Shown here: positions 1 through 11,342 of the stretch, piece by piece
Position numbering within the stretch: the stretch's first letter is position 1
Layout: the number at the start of each line of letters is the position of its first letter
Source: the human T2T-CHM13v2.0 reference genome, Homo sapiens
Reading direction: 5' to 3' (one strand)
NCBI RefSeq assembly: GCF_009914755.1
Contig: NC_060927.1
Length of the DNA: 64,000 nucleotides
Position numbers and translations under genes: made by a program
The notes under the pieces: model-generated
What the model was told of the DNA's origin: nothing
The model's database searches: none
The model's input: only the letters and a program-made list of their open reading frames with translations

Positions 1-1200
1 AACATAGTGATTGTTCAGAAAATGTGTATGAATGGAGTAAAATAAAAATAAATAAAATAAAATAAAAATGTAAAGTACATACCATTAAAAATTAACAATA
101 AAAACAAAATATAAATCACCATAAGAATAATTTGTGGGAGCACCTAAATCTGTTCTCAGAAGAAAATTTTATCCTAAAATGTTTTATTGGAAAATAGGAT
201 TAAAAAGTTAGCAAACTTTTCATTGTCATAAGCTAAAAATATATATATATAAATCTGTAATGAAAAAGCAGAAAATAAAGATACAGAGCAACAATAAGGA
301 AATCGACAATTAAAACAGCATAAAAATGATTAAGGAAATAAAAACACAGTGAAAACAATACATTTTGGAAAACTTTTGAGTAAATCATGAGTAAAAAGAA
401 AAAAGTGACAAAGAGCAATAGACAACCATAAGCCCAAAACCATCATCAAGAAAGAAAGGAGATAGAAAAGGAATAAAGATAAGGTTTAGAAATATTAGAA
501 AATACTGTGAATTGCATAGTTCTAATAAATTTAAAAGCCTACTTGGTATTAGTAGTTTTAAAAGAAATATAAAAATTGTCAAGTTTGATCTAAAAATAAG
601 AAACCATGTAGAAATCAAAATGATGAAGAAAATACATCAAGGCACATTCTCATTAAAGATCAATGAGATCTAGGTGGTTTCGTAGGTGAGTGTGAGCAAA
701 TATGCCATAAATCGTATAAATTTTATCTTAGAAAACATGTTTCAGATCACAGAAAAAAGATGAAAGACTAATTCATTTACTTTATGGCCCTGGCATAATT
801 ATGTTACCAAAACTAGCAAGAGCATTATTGCAAAAAAGGAAATCATAGTTCTTAGGAGCCAAGACATCCAACTCTCAGTAATGTATCATTAAATAAACTT
901 CATCAATGATTTTTAATATATATATAAAATAAATATAACTTATCTTCAGGATAAAACTCTTAATATAAATAATAACAGGATATCTTTTTTATTTGATAAA
1001 TGACTTCTACCACAAACCAAAATCAAATGTTATACATAATTAAGATACAATTTTTACTAATGCTAAGGTCAAAACAAGCATGTTCAATAAATTGGAGTTC
1101 TTTATAATTTTCAGTATGCTTCTTGAATATATTGATGATATATGAATACTTTATAGAAAATCTGGACAAAATAACAATGAGATGGTGAAGGGCTGTTAAC
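1..1200 (+). mobile_element. Highly decayed ancient L1 (L1M-type) ORF2 fragment
   Basis: A-rich strand with degenerate L1 ORF2 motifs, e.g. tttgtgggagcacctaaatctgttctcagaagaaaatttt (~131-170) and ctaggtggtttcgtaggtgag (~670-691). Boundaries approximate. Confidence 0.55.
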
Positions 1201-2083
1201 ATTAAGTAATAAACAATAATCTTTGACAGATTCTGGCTTGGGAAAAGCAGGTTCACAGTCATCCTATTTTTAGAGATTATTTCAGTTTCCCACTGAACAA
1301 ATCCAAGCATAATATTAGACATCAAGTTGTTATAAGCTGCACAATAAAGTGAGATTAGATAATTTTACAATGAGAGCACTCCATTGCTAATTAATATGAA
1401 TATGAGATATAAACAAATTGAATGGCTGGGAAATGAAGACTAGAAGTAAACATATGTTGGACTAAGTACTTATTTAAGTAGATTGGGCCTGGTATATGGA
1501 AATCCAACCCTGTACTAGAAAGGAACAGAAGGACGTCAGATGCTGATGCAGAAATATGGGTCTTTCAAAGCCTAATGGGTAGAGTGGTATGAAGAAGGCA
1601 AGGCTGAGATAGGTAAATAAATAAAGAGACCAGGAAGCTTTAATTCAATTTGAGGTAAACCTAACAATGGGGGAAGCCTACCCAAATCAAGGCAAAAGAC
1701 TAATAATTTTTCCAGATATATGAACCCTCTAAGAATGGTAAATGTTCAATCTAAGGGCTCCCTAGGTACCCTGATTTGTCATGTGTTTTCTAAAATAGGA
1801 CAGAATGTTTTACAGATATTCTACTGATGTTTTAATATCCCAATTTTAAAGCTTGTGTCCTTACAGTTTTCTAACTTCAGTGCTGGCCCATAAATGTTTG
1901 TATACTGAGAAATAAACAATTCTACCATCAGAACTATGAAGCCATTGATCAATTTTGAAAATGGAAGCTGACTTTCTCAGACAATTTAGGAAGCCCAAAA
2001 CGTATAAAATCTAATTTTTCAGATAAATTTTCATTCAAAAATACTCCTTTAATATATGAAGCCATGGGCTTGAGAGGCTTGAT

Positions 2084-2290
2084 CAGGGTTTGAAAGCATT
2101 TTTAAGGGCCAGATAGTAAATATTTTAGGCTTTGCAGGCCTTATAGTTTCCTATGCAGATACTCTGCTCCAGGCTGAAAGCAGCAATAGATAATACATAA
2201 ACAAATGGTGTGTTTATATGCTAATAAAACTTTATTTACAAAAATGTAGCTGTCTTTGGTCCATGGGTCATAGTTTACTGAGAACACCTG
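2084..2290 (+). mobile_element. MER58A-like hAT-Charlie non-autonomous DNA transposon
   Basis: aagggccagatagtaaatattttaggctttgcaggcc and aataaaactttatttacaaaa match the recalled MER58A consensus; cagg...cctg termini. Confidence 0.85.
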
Positions 2291-3259
2291 AATTTTTTGT
2301 TTGTTGGTTGGTTTTGGTTGATTGCTTTCTATGAAAAAGAAAGTTTTTGCTGGATTTTTTTCTATATTTTTTCTTAAAGATAGAGTTATCTTCTGACAAA
2401 TTCAGTTGCCTGAAATATAACACGGAAAGCCAGAAATAAAGCCACTCTTCCCAGTTCTCTCAGACTTCTGCTCTGCATCTCTGTGAATATCATATTCTGG
2501 TTTTGGGGTAGATAAAATTTTCTCAAGATTCTGTTTACTATTTCTTCTTAAAGCCTACAGTGTGGAAAGAACCCTAAGCAACTGAGCAATGTTTCTTTTT
2601 AGGAACTCTAATGACACCTTTTTAACTCTCCACAGCTGAAAGATTTTGTAAACAGAAAATAGTCTCAGCCTTGAATGTCTCTAATTCTTACCTATCACTT
2701 GATAAAACTCCAACAAGAGGAAATGATTTATACAAGTGATAGAATCAGTAAATAATTTCCAGATTGAGTACAGTGAAAACTAAGGATTATCAAAAGAAAA
2801 AATATCTACAATTTTCCAGACCCAAGTAAAGATCATGCACTTGTTGTCATTAAATTGTTGCTGCCGTTGAGACGACAGTATTTTTACTGAAATTATTGAA
2901 CCGAGGGGAAAAAAACTATAAGATAATAAACTCCATTCCTCTACAATAAGTCAGAGAAAACAATAGAGTGGAAAAAAGCATCGAGTAATGAAGAGTCAAC
3001 AAATTCTATTTAAAAAAATCTGGAAGTCTTGATATTGAAATCTTGCAAAAAAGAAAATGATCATATAAGGAAAAAAGTTAAGGTGAAAATGAAAGAGTAG
3101 AAGGGAAGAATAATCTCTTGGGAAGTGAGGGTGACTATAGTGTTATTGCTAGGTTATCTTACGAGTCAATATGTATTGTTTTTTAAACTAGGGAGAAAAA
3201 GCTAGATGTAAGTATAATGTAAACAAGATTACAAACTGATCAAATATGACTGACAGCCA

Positions 3260-5390
3260 CAGTTGTGTCTTTAATTTTAGCCATCATTGTGGGTACATAG
3301 TGGCATCCAATTTATGATTTTAATTGGCTTGTCACTAATTAATAATAATTTAAAGCATTTTTCTTGTGTTTAGAAGTCATTTACATATCTTATCAACTGT
3401 CTATTCTTTTGCCCATATTTTAATTGGTTTCTATGGGTTTTTTATAATTTTAAAATTTTAAAAGAAACACAAACTTTTTTATGCACACATATATACTCAT
3501 ATAAGAAATTTACTTCAGAGTATAATTGTCTTTATTTTTTAAATATACTTTAATGAACTAAAATATTTAATGTAGATAAACTCTAGTTTATCAATTTTGT
3601 AAATAGTCCTTAAAACAGGACAAAATCCTTTATAAGGAATATGCCCTATTAAAAAGTCATGCAAACCTTTGATTACTTTTTCCTCTAAATAGAAGTTTTG
3701 GCTTTATATTATCATTTATGAGGCCCACAAATTTATTTTTTAGGTGGTATGAGGTAGAAGTAAAAGACAAATTTTTCCCACATCGATACACAATTGTTCC
3801 AATAATATTTGCTGAAAGATGGTGCTCTTTTCTATTTAATTGCTTTATTTTTAATTTTTTATCCATTTAACCAATACCACATGGTCTTAATTACTATAAA
3901 TTGACAGTAAGTCTTAAGGTGAGATGTTTTTTCTAATTGCTTACCTGTATTTTATGCATGTGATAGGTATTATACATTATTTGCTTTTTTCTCATAAATT
4001 AGAATTAGACTTTAAATTCCTACCAACAAAAAAAGCTTGCTGTGATTTAAGTTGAGATTGTGTTAAATCTATACATTAATTGTGGAATTTGACATTTTTT
4101 AAGTCTTTCGATCCATGAACAAGTCTTTCCATTTGTTTTAAAGTTTCCTTAGTTTGTTTCAAAAGTATTTTGTAATTTTTTTTCTTGAACATCTTATATT
4201 AAAATAATTCCTAGATATACATTTTAAATGCTATTACAAATAATATTTTTATAATTTGGTTTTCCAAATATTTATTAATATTTATAGAAATATATTGTTT
4301 AATATTAGATTTATATACTATGGTCTTATTAAATTCACTTTAACTTCTCTGTTTGTGTATTCTTAGGAATCTCTGTGTAAATTATTATGCCATTTTAAAT
4401 AAAGACAATTTTATGCCTCTTTTTCAGTTTTTCTTTCTTCCTCCTTCCCTTTTCTACTGTAAAAGGCCTCTTGTACAATGTTAATTATTAACGGTGATTC
4501 TATTTTCCAGTCTTACGGAAAACCGTTTAGCATCCCATCATTAAGTATGCTTTAGGTTTTTACAGATACTTTATACAGACTAGGAGTTTCTTTCTGCTTC
4601 ATGTTTACTGAGAGGTATTTTTTCTCTCATAGTATCAAATTTTTTTCTGTATCACTTTTAATAATATTACAAAATTTTTACATGTTCTATCAATGTGGTG
4701 AAATAGATGGATCAAGTTCTAATAGCATTATTAATGTATACATATGATAAAGTTTATATATTTAAAGTGTACAATGTGACAAGTTTTGACATATGTATAA
4801 GCCTATAAAATTGTCATCAAGCTAATGAAATAACTGGAAAGAGTTCCTTATTTCTCCTCTGAAAAATATTCCCACATCTTCTTTGCTTCCTTTTCCCAAA
4901 CACCTGTCTAAAGGCAGTAACTAATCAGCTTCCTGTCACTATAAATTCATTTACATTTTCTAATGTTTGATATAAATGAGGTCATACAATATATACTCTT
5001 TTTATCTGGTTCTTTTACCCAGAAAAAGTATTTTCAGATTCATCTATGTTGCTGCATTTATCAATAATTACTTTCTGCATATTACTGAGTAAAATTGCAT
5101 TATATAAATTTAATGAATTTTCTAAAAATAAGCATATATCTTCTATACATTATGTAATCTATAATTAATTTATAATGTAAAATGTTAAGATATCCTGCTT
5201 GGTATTTATTGAACTTTTATGAGTGTAGCAATAATTTTAATTAAATTTGGAAAATTGTTATTCACAATGTTTAATTTTTTTACTATCCCTTTTTTTTTCC
5301 ATTCTCCTTGTGGGATTCTTATTTTTCATGCAGTGTGCCTCTTGGTATTATTAGACATGTCTTTGAGTCTGTTCATTTTTTATCTCCTTA
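3260..5390 (-). mobile_element. Old L1M (L1MC/ME-type) fragments, with a probable nested L1M 3' end at ~4730-5110
   Basis: T-rich strand with antisense L1 ORF2/3'UTR motifs (ttttagccatcattgtgggtacatagtggc; gttgagattgtgttaaatctatacattaatt; ttaaagtgtacaat). Confidence 0.65.
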
Positions 5391-5392
5391 TT

Positions 5393-5917
5393 GTGTCAAC
5401 CAGCTCAGTGGACTCTCTGCCTTTTTGCAAGGGCAGGGGGACCAGTGTGACAGCTTTCTGTATCCCAAGCTCTTGTCCAGCATCTTGGAAAAATCAGGTC
5501 ACACACAGACTTGAAGGATGAATGCAGGACTTTTATTGAGTGGTAGAGGTGGCTCTCAGTGGGATGGGTGAGGAGCTGGAAGTAGGATGGAGTGGGAAGA
5601 TGGTCTTCTTCTGGAGTTTGGTCATCCCCAGCTAAACTCCTCTCTGCATTCAGATGTTCCTTCTTTTCTCTCCTCTGTGTGCCATTCTGCTGTTTGTCTG
5701 CTCATGTCCTTGCCTTCTCATCTGCTTTTGGACCCTGGGGTTCGGGGTTCATATGGGTACAGGATGAAGGCATGGTGGGCCAAAAGGCAACTGTCGGGGA
5801 CGAAAACAGGAATGCCGGTTCTCATTTAGGTCCCTGGGTATTCAGGCATGAGGGTGGAGACTCTGCCAGAAAATTGCCCTCTCCTACCCAGTATTTCCCT
5901 GTCTCTTGTCTGTATCA
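5393..5917 (-). mobile_element. 3' LTR, truncated at its distal end
   Basis: Colinear with 9235-9795 (shared tcttgtccagcatctt, gatggagtgggaagatggtcttc, ctacccagtattt); homology stops at ~5393. Confidence 0.88.
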
Positions 5918-6175
5918 TTTCCCCGTTCTGAAGAGGAACATCTAACCGCTATTAGAATATGGACAATGACCAATCTTAGCTACTTTCTCCTGACAGGGGG
6001 CATTTTTTGGGGGGAAATGGCAGTCAGCATTCTCCCAGAAGTCTATCTAAGGGTTCCTGGCAAAAGGGAGCCATTGTCTGAGGCTCCAGTTGCCTGACTG
6101 TTTGGAGTTTGATGGCCTGTATGTGAGAGAGAATAAAACAAGTTTTATGTATCCATGGTTAAACGTGTATTATAC

Positions 6176-6218
6176 AAGGAAAGAATCTAGTGCCAAAGGA
6201 AAGAATCTAGTGCCAAAG
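6176..6218. repeat. 20-bp tandem duplication
   Basis: aaggaaagaatctagtgcca occurs twice with period 20. Confidence 0.9.
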
Positions 6219-6355
6219 ATTACAGAAATAAGAAGTGAAATATACTAACAACATTGTGCCCTAAGCTGTTTCACTCTGGTGAAAGAAATTAAAACTTGTA
6301 TGGAAATGGTTAAACTTTAGAAGAGAGATAACTGTTCTTGCCACATCTGTAGCAG

Positions 6356-7626
6356 TTAACAAGTGTATCCTGGGAATTCTGGGGTTTGTGGGCTTGCATG
6401 GTTGCCATTAAAGCTTCTGCCTCTTTCGTGTGTCCCCCTATCTCTATTGTAAAAAACCAAGGTGGCTACTTTCAGGAGGTCCTCTAAAATAGTATCTGGT
6501 CCCAGGCCCCATTTCTGCAACTTCCTCCTGATATCAGGGACTGGCTGACTAATACGTTTATCCTTTAGGATTAGTTGCCCCTCAATGGAATTATGAGATG
6601 GAGAGATGTGCTTTACCAAGGCCCCTCTTAGCCTCTCCAGGAAGTCAGTGAGGTTTTTTTTTAATTAAATCCTTGGTCTATCATGGATAACTTAGTATAA
6701 TTGAGAGGCATGTATCTAATCCTACATAAGCCCTCAATTACGCACATCTCAAAGTGTCTCCTCCTCCAGTCTCCCATCTCACTGATATCCATTCAGGCTC
6801 ATTTATTGGTACTGCTTCTCTTCCAGCTGGTTAAAGTTCAGCCCTTTCTCTGATGCTATATGGGATATGAAGCTCATCCCCAAATCTCTCTGTGCTTGCA
6901 GAGAAGCTTGCTTCTTAGTGTCCATCAGAGACTAATTCAAAAGTAACATAATGTCTTTCCAGGAGGTTCAAACACTTGAGTGAAATTCAGGAAAGCCTGT
7001 ATATATCTGTCAGGGTCATCTGAAAAATTGCCAAGATCCTCCTTAAATTGCTTTAAGTCCTGTAGAGAGAAGAAGACCTGGACCTTACTGGGGCCAAATT
7101 AACCAGGCATATGTTGGAGGGGCAAGAGTGAGACTGGGGCTTGTCTAGAGTGATAATTTCTAGAAGGAGGCAAGCAAGAGACTCAAGGTGGAAAGGGAGG
7201 TTGGGGTGGACCTGGAGAAGGAGAGCTGGAGGGAGCTGGCGCCTCTGCTACAGTGCCTCTGAGATTTGTATCTTTAATTCCCTGGAATTGCCCCTTGCAG
7301 CCTTTCCTGAGATGGCAAAAAGGAGGGCTAGATTAATCCTACACTGTTGCCAATGTCTGGATTGCCCTGCAAGGTATAGAAAGCCTGCACATATGGAGCC
7401 TCAGACCATCAGTCCTCATGCTTACAGTAAAGGTTGTAGGATGGTATCAAAATGAATGGTTCCTTCCTGAGGCCAAGCCAGTCCTTTATAATTTGGCCAA
7501 ACCTTTCTGCAGAGGGCTATCTGGCATTTTTCCTCCAGATTCTGAATGTCAAGGTAGTCCCAGTGATTCAGGATTACACTCCAGAGGAGTATAAGCTGGA
7601 GGTGTTGAAGACAGCTCGTTGCCCAT
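6356..7626 (-). pseudogene. gag: Frameshifted gammaretrovirus-like gag remnant (matrix and capsid)
   Basis: ORF pieces MGNELSSTPPAYTPLEC, ILNHWDYLD...WPQEGTIHFDTILQ (matrix) and SIEGQLILKDK...DIRRKLQK...LLKVATLVFYNRD (capsid C-terminus) resemble HERV-W/ERV9-type Gag and are split across frames. Confidence 0.85.
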
Positions 7627-8940
7627 TCTGAAAGACAGGGAATAGAGGCATCCCTCATTTCCTTTTCTTCTTTCAACAAAAACTTGAAGTGTGAGAGAGG
7701 GAGGACACAAGCACCCCGTTTTTCTCTTCTGTCTTTTCATCCCCGAGTCCTGGTGATCTTGGCAGGTGCTACCCATGGGTGCCAATGCGGCATGCACCCA
7801 TAAAGCAGGGAATTCCTAGAGAATAGGAATTATCTGCCCTCACCTATACCTCTGTTTCCCCTCCTGTCGACAATCTTTGAGTTCCCGGAACCTCATTTAT
7901 GCCATGGAGCTTGGCCACCTTCCATGAAATGGGGGTTTAGTTGGCAGGAATTGGTTCTTCCCAATTACATTATGCCTGTTGCCTGGTTTTGGATCCTCAG
8001 ATCTGGTTTTCCTTTTTAGAGCCTCAGACTGAAGCTTGGAATCCAGTTTGAGACCAAAAAACTATTTCAGGGGCTGTTTGTTCTGTTTAGATCAAATCTC
8101 AAATGAGCCCTATCGAATTTGCAGTTATCAGCCAGCAGGGGACGCTCCTTCATTATTTTCCCTATCATGAGCAGCATGTAGGGGAAAGAAAACCCCTTGC
8201 TTAGTAAAGGAAAAAAAAAAAAAAAAAAGGAAAAGACAGCTTAAGGGGTGAAACGGGGAGGTCATGGGAGAAGAACCCCTTGCTCAGTACAAATGGGTTC
8301 TTTTCATCCTTGTATCCTTCTCTGGTTCAAACTGGGTTGAACTCCTTGGCCAGGGGAGGAAAAGTTCTACTGGCGCAGCACCTAGGAGGTGCTGGCCATC
8401 CGGTTGCATGGGTCCCCAGCGGCATCTGTGGTTTTCTCCCACCCCTTATAGCCATTGGTTCTGGCTTGTACATGCTGCAGACACGCTCAGGCACCCCAGC
8501 TACCAGCCACGAGGAGAGGAGGTAAGGAGGGGAACTGTCGCATGCGGGACACTGCAGTGGGGTGGGGGTGGAGATGGCACCTCTAAAAATAAATGGAAAC
8601 CACATTGTTCTGAATTGCATTTCTAATGGCTGAACCAAGCACTCATTCTATTTAATATCATTGCCTCACTGTGTAGTAAACCTTTAACATTATACAAGAA
8701 GAGATAGGAGCCATTTCAAACTATGAAAGACGAGAGAGCACAGCAAAGTCTGGGGGTGTTGGCTGATGGAATTCAGTCTTGGGGCCTTCCAAAAACAAAA
8801 GATGCCTTTGATTGCCCCAGGGCTTTACTCCGGTCTCAGGTGATGGCTAGACCTCCATAAAGGAAAATAGAGTCAACATTCTCTTTACCGGAAGGAAAGA
8901 GATAGGTGGCAGGGTCTTGGAAAAGAAGCAGATCTGCATT

Positions 8941-8979
8941 TTAACTCACCCTTCTTTGTATCCCACCTGGAACCCCAAA
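8941..8979 (-). promoter_or_regulatory. Degenerate primer-binding site (tRNA-Pro-like) followed by a probable major splice donor
   Basis: Minus strand immediately after the LTR reads TTTGGGGTTCCAGGTGGGAT (Pro PBS consensus TGGGGGCTCGTCCGGGAT), then AAGG/GTGAGT. Confidence 0.55.
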
Positions 8980-9795
8980 TGAAATGAGAAAGTTCCTTGA
9001 TCCCCCTCAGTGCACATGTGACAGGGGTGTGGCTCGTCTGTTCAGTTGACACAGCTACTCAAACCCATTACGGGAAGGGGAGCACACAGATTGACAGGTG
9101 CAGGAGCTGGAGAGAGCGCCCCTAGCCTCCAGCTATATGGCAGCACCCAGGGGCGGGAGCATTCAACTCCCAAAGCCCAAATAGGCATGTGGTACAGTGC
9201 AGTCTTTTAGCCTTGCCATCCGTGGACAGCTTAAGTGTTAACTGGCTCAGTGGACCCACTACCTTTTTGCAAGGGCAGGGGGCAGTGTGATGGCTTTCTG
9301 TATCCTGAGCTCTTGTCCAGCATCTTAGAAGAATCAGATCACACATAGACTTGAAGGTTGAATGCGGGGGTTTTATTGAGTGGTGGAGGAGGCTCTTAAT
9401 GGGATGGATAGGGAGCTGGAGGTGGGATGGAGTGGGAAGATGGTCTTCGCCTGGAGTTTGGCCTTCCACTGGCTGATCTCCTTTCCAATTGTCCCCAGCC
9501 AAATTCCTCTTGGCATTCATATGCTCCTTCTCTTCTTTCCTTCTTTGCCACACCTGTATGCCGTTCGTCTGCTCGTCTTCTTGTCTCCTTGTCTGTTTGT
9601 CTGCTTCTGGAGCATGGGGTTCAAGCTTATTTGGGTAGAGGATAAGGGCGTGGTGGGCCTAAAGGCAACTTTTGGGTGTAAAGAAAGGAATGCCTGTCTT
9701 AATTTAGGGCTGCGGGTATTCAGGCTTGAGGGTGGGGCCTTTGCCAGGGAACAACCCTCTTCTACCCAGTATTTTCCTGTCTCCTGTCTGTATCA
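8980..9795 (-). mobile_element. 5' LTR (~816 bp), MER50/MER52-family ERV1
   Basis: Minus strand begins TGATACAGACAGGAGACAGGAAAATACTGGGTAGAAGAGGG and ends ...TCTCATTTCA (TG...CA); AATAAA at ~9372-9377 on the minus strand. Confidence 0.88.
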
Positions 9796-10542
9796 GTTTC
9801 ACAGCCTTTTATAAGCTATTCTCAGTCCATCCTTTTTGGAGTTTCAGCATATATAAGCACAGCTTACTAAAAGAACGAATACTTAAATATAGCCCTAAGC
9901 ACATTTTCAGAGCTTTTACTTTGCAACTCCTTCTGTAGTAACTGCCCCTTAAATCTTCCTCATCCTCGAAAAAACAGTATCTCTTTTCTTCATACTCAGT
10001 GAGTTTGTGGCTTTCTGTTAGGATCTCCTTCTCTGTGCCATATTCTGGAAAGTTCTCTATGGTCTCTGGGGAGCATGTTCAGTTCACTTTGCAAGTTATT
10101 CTTTGTCAAGGATCAGAACTCTTTATTGTTGATTACCAGAACCCTATTTTATATATACTTTGTGCGATTTGATTGTTATTTATAAAAATAGTAACTCTGT
10201 CATGGCTATCTCATTGTTTCTTATATCTACAAATTTTTGAAAGAAAATACTAGATTCCCAAGAACCCCATTTGAAAGAAAGGTATATTTACTTCCCAGAG
10301 TGAATTCTGTTTTCATATTGTAAAAATTTATATTAAATCGTTTTAGAAGGTATCCTAAACAAATAAGAAATGCATCATAATTACTATTTTCAAAGGGAAA
10401 ATGAAAGAAGAGTGAACCATAGTGGGAAAAAAATAGTTATAGGCTACCAGAGATTGTGTAATAAATTTGCAAGTAAAGTTTATTTAAACAAAAAAGATAC
10501 ATTGCAATGTAAATATTAATGAGTCTTAAACTAAAAGTACTA

Positions 10543-10829
<287 letters not shown>

Positions 10830-11020
10830 TTAATTTCAAAAGGGTTGATAGAAGTGAAAGTGTTCTGAAAGTCTTGGGAAAATGGGATTGGATAGGAATT
10901 ACAGGATGATGATTTTTGTCTGTCTGCGCTTACATGCACACACACAAATTTGTTATTCTTTACTTATTTAACATATGCATATGTTATATATATGTGTGTG
11001 TGTGTTTATGTGTGTATATC

Positions 11021-11342
11021 TGGGTTGAGGTCAGTGAAATAGTGGTAGACCTACTTGTTATTTGCATTTGTTTGTGTTAGAGGTGCTGGTTTTTAGATAG
11101 CTTTAATTTTTGTTTCTGTATATATATATATATATACACACACACAGAATGTATATATTTACATATATGTACAGAATGTATATATTTATATATACAGGAA
11201 TATATATTTATATATGTTTATGTTTTTATATATATATATGTTAACAGAAACAAAAATTAAAGATATCTAAAAACCAGCAGCTCTAACACAAACAAATGCA
11301 AATAACAAGTAGGTCTACCACTATTTCACTGACCTCAACCCA
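11021..11342. repeat. Long inverted repeat (99-bp arms) around a TA-rich microsatellite spacer
   Basis: 11021-11119 is the reverse complement of 11244-11342 with 2 mismatches. Confidence 0.97.

Larger units (their letters stand above)
5393..9795 (-). mobile_element. Internally deleted ERV1 provirus (MER50/MER52/HUERS-P-like): 5'LTR, leader, gag, truncated 3'LTR
   Basis: Two homologous direct repeats both starting TGATACAGACA on the minus strand, a PBS-like sequence after the 5'LTR, a purine tract before the 3'LTR, and gag homology between them. Confidence 0.9.

Noticed and set aside
5219-9938. Plus-strand ORFs of 68-144 aa, including two similar MEWEDGL peptides, as duplicated genes
   Set aside because: They are antisense readings of the two LTRs and the ERV leader; the similarity comes from LTR homology.
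11021-11342. MADE1/miR-548-type MITE or CRISPR-like array
   Set aside because: The arms lack the mariner TIR sequence, and there is no repeat-spacer periodicity anywhere in this eukaryotic window.
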